Shown here: in pieces, positions 56,638 through 64,000 of the stretch
How the letters are laid out: each line of letters begins with the position of its first letter
Numbering within the stretch: position 1 is the first letter of the stretch
Made by a program: the position numbers and the translations under genes
Notes under the pieces: generated by a model
What the model saw: the letters and a program-made list of their open reading frames with translations, nothing else
Databases searched by the model: none
Told to the model about the DNA's origin: nothing
Assembly: GCA_963641945.1 (NCBI GenBank)
Contig: CAVIDW010000004.1
Location: forward strand, 2,462-66,461
Source of the DNA: a bacterium
GTDB lineage: Bacteria > Bacillota_I > Bacilli_A > RF39 > UBA660
Length of the DNA: 64,000 bases
Direction of reading: 5' to 3'

Positions 56638-58125
56638 ATGGAAGTACTTGATTTTATAATAAATAAAATAGCTAGTTTTTATAATACAGGAAACACAATA
56701 AATGAAATAATAGCAACAATTCTAGCAATATTAGTTTTTCATAAACCAATATATTTTTTAATTGGTTTATTTTTAACACGTAAATTTAAGCCAACAAAGA
56801 ATAAACATAAATATGCTATTATGATAGCAGCAAGAAATGAAGAAAAAGTAATTGGTAATTTAATAGATAGTATTCACAAGCAAGATTATCCTAAAGATTT
56901 ATTAACTATATTTGTAGTTGCAGATAACTGCACCGATTCAACCGCAAAAATAGTTAGAGAAAAAGGATGCATATGTTATGAAAGATTTGATAGTGAACAT
57001 AAAACAAAAGGATATGCATTAGAATTTTTAGTCGATAGTATTAAAAAAGATTATGGAATAGAATCATATGAAGGATATTTTATATTTGATGCAGATAACC
57101 TATTAAAAAAAGATTATATCTCTAAAATGAATAATGCATTTGATTCAGGTGAGAAAATAATTACATCATATAGAAATACCAAAAACTTTGATGAAAATTG
57201 GATTGCATCTACATATGCAATTCATTGGATAAGATCAATAAGACTAAATCACAGAGCAAGAAGTGTTTTAAGATTAGCAACAAATATTCAAGGAACAGGT
57301 TTTTTATTTTCAAATGAAGTTATTAAAAATGGATGGCACTACACTTCCCTAACTGAAGATAGAGCTTTAACAGCTGATGCAGTAGCTCAAGGATATCAAA
57401 TAACATATCAAGATGAAGCAGAATTTTATGATGAACAACCAACTAGTTTAAAAATAGCTTGGAGACAAAGACTTAGATGGTCTAAAGGACATTTGCAAGC
57501 GTTTGCTCAAACAGGTCCATATTTATTTGCAAACATTTTTTTAGGAAAACATTTTATCAAAACAAAATGGAGAAAAATAGAGAAAAAGAAAAATAAAACC
57601 GTAAAAGACTACTTGTTATCATTTATTGAATCAATAAGACATAGATTTGCATCATTTGATACTTTATCACAACTAACACCTATTTCATTTATAAATTTAG
57701 TAAGATGGTTAGTATTCACAGTAATAATTTATTGTTCATACGTTTACGTTAATGGTTTAGAAACAACGTATATATTTGACGGAAGCAATTATTTATCAAA
57801 ATTACTTGGTAATATTTTCAATTTTAATTTATCAGCTGGTCCAGGATTTCACGCAATGTATTTAGCATTCATATTATGTATTTTTTATAGAATCATTTAT
57901 AGACTATCAATAAATATAAGTAATATGTTAATAGGTATATACGTTATATTTATAGAAAGAAAAAGAATCAAAAAAATTAGTTTCAAAAACAAATTGCTTT
58001 TTATATTAACATGGCCTACATTTGATATTATTGGAAGATATACTACTTATATAGCTTTGTTTAAAAAAGTTACATGGAAACATATCCCACATAATAGTAA
58101 TGTGACAATAGATAATGTAAAATAA
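56638..58125 (+). CDS. Membrane-embedded processive family-2 glycosyltransferase, copy A
   Basis: N-terminal TM segments, the DxD motif (FDADN), TED (SLTEDRALT), QxxRW (RQRLRWSKG) and multiple C-terminal TM segments. 495 aa. Confidence 0.8.
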   Translation: MEVLDFIINKIASFYNTGNTINEIIATILAILVFHKPIYFLIGLFLTRKFKPTKNKHKYAIMIAARNEEKVIGNLIDSIHKQDYPKDLLTIFVVADNCTDSTAKIVREKGCICYERFDSEHKTKGYALEFLVDSIKKDYGIESYEGYFIFDADNLLKKDYISKMNNAFDSGEKIITSYRNTKNFDENWIASTYAIHWIRSIRLNHRARSVLRLATNIQGTGFLFSNEVIKNGWHYTSLTEDRALTADAVAQGYQITYQDEAEFYDEQPTSLKIAWRQRLRWSKGHLQAFAQTGPYLFANIFLGKHFIKTKWRKIEKKKNKTVKDYLLSFIESIRHRFASFDTLSQLTPISFINLVRWLVFTVIIYCSYVYVNGLETTYIFDGSNYLSKLLGNIFNFNLSAGPGFHAMYLAFILCIFYRIIYRLSINISNMLIGIYVIFIERKRIKKISFKNKLLFILTWPTFDIIGRYTTYIALFKKVTWKHIPHNSNVTIDNVK

Positions 58126-58189
58126 GTAAATTTTACATTAAAAATTTAATATGATATAATTTAAGAGATTTTTTAGAGGTTGAGATTTT

Positions 58190-59674
58190 ATGGTAAAAAT
58201 TTTAGAAGATATTATTACATTTTTAGGTAGTTTGTATCCATGGCTAAAAAAATTTAATGCAATATTAGGTGCTATATTAGTTTATGCAGTATTCTATAGA
58301 AAAATTTATTTTTTAATAGGAATGTTTTTCACAAGAAAATTCAAACCTGCAAAAAAGAAACATAAATATGCCATAGTTATTGCAGCTAGAAATGAAGAAA
58401 AAGTAATTGGTAACTTAATAGATAGCATCCATAAACAAGATTATCCTAAAGATTTATTAACTATATTTGTAGTAGCAGACAACTGTACTGATTCAACCGC
58501 AAAAATAGTTAAAGACAAGGGATGTATATGTTATGAAAGATTTGATAATGAGCATAAAACAAAAGGATATGCATTAGAATTCTTATTTGACAAAATTGAA
58601 GAAGATTACAAAAGAAATTCATTTGAAGGCTTTTTTGTATTTGATGCAGACAACTTATTAAAAAAAGACTTTATATCTAAAATGAATGATGCTTTCGATT
58701 CTGGAGAAAAAATTATTACATCATATAGAAATATAAAAAACATTGATGAAAACTGGATTACAATATGTTTTGGAGTACACTGGCTAAGATCAATTCGTGA
58801 AAATCATAGAGCAAGAAGCGTTTTAAAACTTGCAACTAACCTTCAGGGAACAGGATATTTATTTGCAAGTGAAGTTGTTGAAAATGGATGGCATTATACT
58901 TCATTAACTGAAGATAGAGGCTTTACAGCAGATGCAGTATCACAAGGATACAGAATATCTTATCAAAATGATGCAGAATTTTATGATGAACAAACTCCAA
59001 ATTATAAAGTTGCATATAATCAAAAATTACGTTGGTCAAAAGGTTTATTAATAAATTTTAAAGAATCAGGACCTAAATTATTTGCAAACATATTCTTTGG
59101 AGAGAAGTTCGTAAAAGTAAAATGGACAAAACAACAAAAAAAGAAATATCCATGGTGGAAAAAAATATTACTATCAATTAAGCAAAGATTTATGATGTAT
59201 GATACATTTATGCATCTACTTCCAACTAATGTTATAAATATTTTTAGATGGTTAACTGTTTCTTTATTCTTCCATGCATGTTATTGTTATTCACATGGAT
59301 TATCATCAACTAACATTCTAGCAGGTGGTACATATCTTGCAAAAATATTAAGACATTGGTTTAACCCAATGGTAGAAATACCTGCTGGACCTAAAGCATT
59401 TTTTGTAGGATTATTAATATTTATTTGGGCTAGACTATTTTATAGAATTGGAGCATACATTGAAAAAATTGGTATTTACTATTACGTTCTATTTATGGAA
59501 AGAAAAAGAATCAAAAAAATGCCTATTAAGAACATTATCAAATGGAGCTTAACATGGCCAATATTTGACATAGTAGGAAGATACACAACATACATTGCAC
59601 TATTCAAAAATGTTGGTTGGAAACCTATTCCACATACAAGTAAAGTAACTATAGATGATATAGCAAATGAGTAA
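58190..59674 (+). CDS. Membrane-embedded processive family-2 glycosyltransferase, copy B
   Basis: Colinear paralog of copy A (FDADN, SLTEDRGFT, NQKLRWSKG). 494 aa. Confidence 0.8.
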   Translation: MVKILEDIITFLGSLYPWLKKFNAILGAILVYAVFYRKIYFLIGMFFTRKFKPAKKKHKYAIVIAARNEEKVIGNLIDSIHKQDYPKDLLTIFVVADNCTDSTAKIVKDKGCICYERFDNEHKTKGYALEFLFDKIEEDYKRNSFEGFFVFDADNLLKKDFISKMNDAFDSGEKIITSYRNIKNIDENWITICFGVHWLRSIRENHRARSVLKLATNLQGTGYLFASEVVENGWHYTSLTEDRGFTADAVSQGYRISYQNDAEFYDEQTPNYKVAYNQKLRWSKGLLINFKESGPKLFANIFFGEKFVKVKWTKQQKKKYPWWKKILLSIKQRFMMYDTFMHLLPTNVINIFRWLTVSLFFHACYCYSHGLSSTNILAGGTYLAKILRHWFNPMVEIPAGPKAFFVGLLIFIWARLFYRIGAYIEKIGIYYYVLFMERKRIKKMPIKNIIKWSLTWPIFDIVGRYTTYIALFKNVGWKPIPHTSKVTIDDIANE

Positions 59675-59746
59675 AACAAAAAAATTAAAAAAACTCGTTA
59701 ATTGATGTGAACCCCATTTAGGAGATATAAAATAAAAAACTTATGT

Positions 59747-59796
59747 AAAAAAATCAAGGGCGAACGAAGTGAGTTCATCTAGACCCTTGATTTTTT
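59747..59796. terminator. Hairpin flanked by A- and T-runs downstream of GT2 copy B
   Basis: aaatcaaggg-N23-cccttgattt. The 23-nt spacer can form a small inner stem (gaac/gttc). Confidence 0.5.
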
Positions 59797-60015
59797 AACT
59801 ATGTAATTATAATATTTATTCAAATAAAGCTTGTCTTTATTTGTTATCTATTAATAAATTAACTAGATATTAAACATTTTCTACATATTCAATAATGCCG
59901 GAGTCCGGTTCTTCCGTGTTTGGACATAATTTATTGTATAATTCATAATCATATCTATCTATCATTATTTTTTAGGTATTCAATTACAATTTCTAATTTA
60001 TATATTAATTCATCT

Positions 60016-60843
60016 TTATTTATCATTTTTCTTCTTAATTTTCTTTCCTTTAATTCTAGTCGTATTATAAAATCCAATCCATTCTTCAACTAATTGTATA
60101 TATTCTTCTAAAGATGTGATATTATTGTTATACAAAGTTTCTTTCTTCAAAAGCGAGTGCCAACTCTCAATTGGAGAATCATCAATTGGGGTACCTTTTC
60201 GGGCCATTGAAATTGTAATACCATTTGACTCACAGATAGCTTTGTATTCATAAGATGTATACTGGAAACCTTGATCACTGTGAATGATAAGGCCAGATAC
60301 ATCTTTTCTTTTGGATATTGCTTCATTTAATGTATCCATTACTAATTTATTATCATTACATTTTGATATTTTATAAGCAACAACTTTTCTATCATATAGA
60401 TCAATTATCGTGGATAGATAAGCTCTAGAGCCTTTAAATATAAGATAAGTTACATCTGTATTCCATACCTTATTTGGTACATCAGTAATACAATTTCTAT
60501 TTAATAAATTTGGCTTAACATTATCTTCAATTCTTTCATTTTTATTTTTCTTTTTTGACTTTCTAATATATTCAGCCATTAAATTATATTTTTTCATTAT
60601 TCTTAAAACCTTCTTTCCGTTCATTACAACTCCATATTTGATTTTTAGGCCTTCCACAATTCTACGATAACCATATGTGCCTTTAGAATTATCAAATATC
60701 TCTTTAATTACTAAATAATCATAATAATCAGTATCTTCCTTATTTCTATACTTATAATAAGTTTTAGGACTTATATTAAGTACAGCACACATATTATATA
60801 ACTTATAATTATCTCTATAAAGATTTATAAAAGTTACTTTTTC
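60016..60843 (-). CDS. IS3-family transposase orfB (DDE/rve integrase domain), expressed by -1 frameshift from orfA
   Basis: ...WNTDVTYL...HSDQGFQYTS...PIDDSPIESWHSLLKKE. The frame is open back to the GAAAAAG run at 60843-60837. Confidence 0.8.
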   Translation of the reverse strand, partial: EKVTFINLYRDNYKLYNMCAVLNISPKTYYKYRNKEDTDYYDYLVIKEIFDNSKGTYGYRRIVEGLKIKYGVVMNGKKVLRIMKKYNLMAEYIRKSKKKNKNERIEDNVKPNLLNRNCITDVPNKVWNTDVTYLIFKGSRAYLSTIIDLYDRKVVAYKISKCNDNKLVMDTLNEAISKRKDVSGLIIHSDQGFQYTSYEYKAICESNGITISMARKGTPIDDSPIESWHSLLKKETLYNNNITSLEEYIQLVEEWIGFYNTTRIKGKKIKKKNDK

Positions 60844-61133
60844 TCTCGTTGTGTCTTGAGGAAGGCCTGGTATTTTTTTAGTATTTCATATCTTTCTTTG
60901 TAGTCTTCTTTTGTTAAATCTTTTTCCTTTGGTCTACCACGCTTTTGATCATGACTCAGATACAATTCTGGATGATTTAATTTTGATGTCCAAGTTTTAA
61001 TAGTACCTTCTGGAATATTATATCTTTCTGCTAATTCTTTAATATTTCTTTTTAATTTATATTCTTCTAATATAACCACCTTAATATTTGCACTATTGTC
61101 ATAATTTTTAAATTTTTGTCCTTTTGAAGCCAT
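60834..61133 (-). CDS. IS3-family transposase orfA (HTH)
   Basis: The ATG at 61133 follows the RBS aaaggaggtg. It ends ...QREKK* with GAG AAA AAG TAA. Confidence 0.8.
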   Translation of the reverse strand: MASKGQKFKNYDNSANIKVVILEEYKLKRNIKELAERYNIPEGTIKTWTSKLNHPELYLSHDQKRGRPKEKDLTKEDYKERYEILKKYQAFLKTQREKK

Positions 61134-61225
61134 AAGAAAACACCTCCTTTCGGAAGTGTATTCTATCATACTTAAGTTTTTTTATAAATGTCTACCCTAA
61201 AGGGTGCATTTCAAATTTCGAGTTT

Positions 61226-63202
61226 TTAATTATTTTTATCTACCTTGATATTTTTAAAATAATTAAATTTAAGAGCTAAATCATTCTTTTTAGTTAAATA
61301 ACTTATTAAATAATTTTTATCTTCTAATTCTTCAGGATCAATCTTTTTATTGTTAGTAACCTCTGCTCCACTAACATAAACATTACCATCATACCAAGAA
61401 TAATCACTAAAGAATACTATTCCTTCATAATTTGGATCTAATGCATCCTCTCCAATATAATTGTTAACATTATGTTTAATACCAAATAAATTTAATACAG
61501 TTGGTAATATATTTAATTGAGAGGTAACTTTTTTAATATTAGTTTTTTTAGTATCACTTGACCATATAAAGAATGGAGTATTATTTATTAAATTATTAGA
61601 TGTATTTTTATACTTATCTAAAACACTTTGATCTTCAATTGTATATAAATAATGGTCAGTAAATGCAACTATAACAGTATTATCTAAAACACCTTTTTCT
61701 TCCATCTTTTGAAGTAATAATTCAATCATATAATCAGTTTCTTTAGCTTGTCTTTTAGCACACTCTTCATCACTCATTTGACTAAATTCAATCTTTATTT
61801 CGTCTATAGATTGACCAGTACTATTAGCTATCTCTTCTTTTTCTTTTTGAATATCTTCTTCATATAATTTCTTACATACACCTTTAGTATTAGTAAATGG
61901 TAAATGAGGACTATAAGTAATAATATAATCTACAAACTTTCCTTCTTCAGGAAACATCAAATCACTAAATTCTTCATTTAGAATTAATTCTCTATCTAAT
62001 TGATATTCATTATTCTTATAATCAAACATATCTGCTAAACCATAATAATTATCATAACCCCAATTCTTATAGTTAACAGTTCTCGAATAAAATTCTCCAG
62101 TATTCATATGAAATGCATTAACAGAATAATCTAAATTCTTAAATAAATGAGCCATAGAATAAGGAAAATTATTTTTATTAAATGTATAAGCATTCTTAGT
62201 ATATGAAAGAGGAGTAATAAATCCGGTATTAACAGCAAATTCTGAATTAAATGTTGAACCTCCTCCGTTATAATAAGAATAATGATTAGTAAAATTATAT
62301 GAACTATTCATTAATTTATATAAAGTTGGAGTATTCTCTTTAGATACTAGCCATGTATCCATTCCTTCCATTTGTAAAAAAATTATATTTTTTCCTTCAA
62401 ATTTACCAGTATATTTATTTTTATGTTCTTCACTCTCTTTAAATGCTTCATCTAAGAAAGCAACGTCCTCAACATTTTCTTCTTCTTTTGTTTTTAAAAA
62501 AGTTATATAAAAATTTCTAACAGTATATTCATACAAACCACTTATTTTCATACTCTTATTATTATCATTAAACGATAAATATATATTTCTAGGATTTTTC
62601 CAACTAGACCATGTTAATGTATTATTAGCTTTTCCTAATGAAAAAGGTACAATTAAATGTAAAACAATAAATCCAGCAATTATAATACCAGCATATTTAT
62701 AATTATTCTTTTTATTTCTAGGAATATATTTATATCCATATACAATTGCAATAACAATTATAATAGTTGAAACATATACCCATGGATTACAATTCTTTAA
62801 AGTATCTAATATATATGGCTTACCCTCACTAGCAGATTCTAATAAACCAAAATCAAAAAAAGTCTTTGTCATAGAATAATATACATTATTTACTAAAAAC
62901 ATAGTTAAAAATAAAGCATTAAAAAACAAATACAATATTTTATTAATTACACCTTTAAAACTTGTTGATAGTCCTACAAATAATGCTATCCATATTGTAC
63001 TAAATAATACTGGCGCATAAAATGCTATAGTTACAAAGTCAATATCTTTTCCGAATAAAAAAGTGAATATATCCATTAATACAAATGGTAAACACATCAT
63101 TATTATATATTTATATTTAATATAAAATTTCTTAACTTTTTCTAAATTCCTTTTCATTCTTTGAAAAAACATGGCTTTTTTAATTTTCTTTTTCAATTCC
63201 AT
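61226..63202 (-). CDS. LTA synthase-family membrane sulfatase-fold protein (LtaS/MdoB-like)
   Basis: Five N-terminal TM segments, then an extracellular alkaline-phosphatase-superfamily domain (...FLQMEGMDTW..., ...GGGSTFNSEFAVNTG...). About 658 aa. Confidence 0.75.
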   Translation of the reverse strand: MELKKKIKKAMFFQRMKRNLEKVKKFYIKYKYIIMMCLPFVLMDIFTFLFGKDIDFVTIAFYAPVLFSTIWIALFVGLSTSFKGVINKILYLFFNALFLTMFLVNNVYYSMTKTFFDFGLLESASEGKPYILDTLKNCNPWVYVSTIIIVIAIVYGYKYIPRNKKNNYKYAGIIIAGFIVLHLIVPFSLGKANNTLTWSSWKNPRNIYLSFNDNNKSMKISGLYEYTVRNFYITFLKTKEEENVEDVAFLDEAFKESEEHKNKYTGKFEGKNIIFLQMEGMDTWLVSKENTPTLYKLMNSSYNFTNHYSYYNGGGSTFNSEFAVNTGFITPLSYTKNAYTFNKNNFPYSMAHLFKNLDYSVNAFHMNTGEFYSRTVNYKNWGYDNYYGLADMFDYKNNEYQLDRELILNEEFSDLMFPEEGKFVDYIITYSPHLPFTNTKGVCKKLYEEDIQKEKEEIANSTGQSIDEIKIEFSQMSDEECAKRQAKETDYMIELLLQKMEEKGVLDNTVIVAFTDHYLYTIEDQSVLDKYKNTSNNLINNTPFFIWSSDTKKTNIKKVTSQLNILPTVLNLFGIKHNVNNYIGEDALDPNYEGIVFFSDYSWYDGNVYVSGAEVTNNKKIDPEELEDKNYLISYLTKKNDLALKFNYFKNIKVDKNN

Positions 63203-63276
63203 ATAAATCACCATTCGAATATATTATACTCGTTTATATTATTATTTTCAACTATTGACCTAAACACACCTTGAAT

Positions 63277-63987
63277 TTAATTTTGAAGTTTGCTATCACC
63301 AGTTTTATAATCTATAGATATACCAGGTTGTACATTATAAACAAAAACATTAAATTTTACTCCTTCACCATTATCCTCCAAAGAATACGCTTCCATAGTT
63401 ATACCACTTACCAATAAATTATCATCTTTAAAAATTGGTGTAACCCTATATAAAACATGATTTCCTGTAGTTTTAATATAATTAGCAACTTTATTTTCAA
63501 ATTCTAACATACCAACTGTATTCATATATCTTGTACATGTAATTAAATTGTTTTTATTAGCATTTTCTCCAGTAAGTTGATAACCAATTAAATGACACCT
63601 ATTATATAAATATTTTCCATCAATATTATCATATTTAACGGTATGCCATCCAGAAGGTTTAATACTTCCAATACTTCCTCTGGACTCTGTAGGCATTAAA
63701 TCTTTTCCAATACTAGCATAAGCTTCTCCACATCTACCAAGAGAATCAAGTTCACTATAAACTTCGAAAGATTCACCACTTTTAGATATATCATCAAAAT
63801 TAGGCTCATTATTATTAATAACAACATAAGCAGAACCATCATATCCAGGTATTTCATCTATATTAGAAACGTTATTTAATTTATTATTATCAAAAGCAAA
63901 AGACTTATTACTATCATATAAGTAATAAGTTCCAATTATTATTGCAACTAATATGAATTCAACTAATTTATTTTTACTATTTTTCAT
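63277..63987 (-). CDS. Secreted DNA/RNA non-specific endonuclease (DNA-entry nuclease family)
   Basis: N-terminal signal/anchor sequence. ...YNRCHLIGYQLTGENANKNNLITCTRYMN... is typical of Endonuclease_NS_2 / EndA-like nucleases. Confidence 0.75.
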   Translation of the reverse strand: MKNSKNKLVEFILVAIIIGTYYLYDSNKSFAFDNNKLNNVSNIDEIPGYDGSAYVVINNNEPNFDDISKSGESFEVYSELDSLGRCGEAYASIGKDLMPTESRGSIGSIKPSGWHTVKYDNIDGKYLYNRCHLIGYQLTGENANKNNLITCTRYMNTVGMLEFENKVANYIKTTGNHVLYRVTPIFKDDNLLVSGITMEAYSLEDNGEGVKFNVFVYNVQPGISIDYKTGDSKLQN

Positions 63988-64000
63988 AACTATATAATAT

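Larger units (their letters stand above)
59701..61216 (-). mobile_element. IS3-family insertion sequence, apparently intact (outer boundary on the low-coordinate side is uncertain)
   Basis: orfA and orfB are joined by an AAAAAG run. There is an imperfect inverted repeat of about 40 nt: attgatgtgaaccccatttaggagatat...aaaaaactta at 59701, against the reverse complement of 61216 downward, atttgaaatgcaccctttagggtagacat...aaaaaactta. An alternative inner end lies near 59896. Confidence 0.65.

Noticed and set aside
61226-63987. LtaS-family gene plus secreted nuclease as a defence or toxin pair
   Set aside because: Both are common stand-alone envelope or secreted functions in Firmicutes. They are separated by a 62-nt spacer with no coupling, and nothing in the sequence links them functionally.
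1-64000. CRISPR arrays, rRNA operons, prophage or integrase genes
   Set aside because: I found no regularly spaced direct repeats, no rRNA-like sequence and no recombinase other than the two IS transposases.

Overview
This is a very AT-rich chromosomal segment from a spore-forming, low-GC Firmicute (Clostridia/Erysipelotrichia-like). Evidence for that placement: CotJ, CotF and SleB-type spore genes; the wall genes murE, murF, ddl, murI and a class A PBP; and a ychF-DUF951-spo0J-soj block. I can support about 60 protein genes, two tRNAs each with its own promoter and terminator (Asn-GUU, Trp-CCA), and two related IS3/IS150-type insertion sequences (one decayed, one apparently intact). There are also several intrinsic terminators, a CIRCE operator on an hsp20 promoter, and an unusual number of broken genes. 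The best candidate for an undescribed system is at 16.6-22.9 kb on the minus strand. It runs: promoter, then a small Cys/Trp-containing ORF, then a hairpin, then an RRE + radical SAM/SPASM enzyme with a fused GNAT-like tail, then a dockerin-bearing papain-like peptidase, then a membrane-anchored cohesin-like/cadherin-like protein. This looks like a RiPP-type operon coupled to a surface-tethered protease. Other points worth a second look: four tandem Tim44-like/zinc-ribbon paralogs, a MurF with a polytopic membrane N-terminus, an RdgB-glutamine amidotransferase fusion, and tandem processive GT2 paralogs. Also notable are a structured leader with two terminators ahead of an ABC operon, a SUKH-type module, and an orphan two-gene module beside tRNA-Trp. 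All calls come from reading motifs by eye and from the supplied ORF track. No database or HMM search was run, so family names are hypotheses. Several ORF breaks sit at A/T homopolymers and may be assembly errors.
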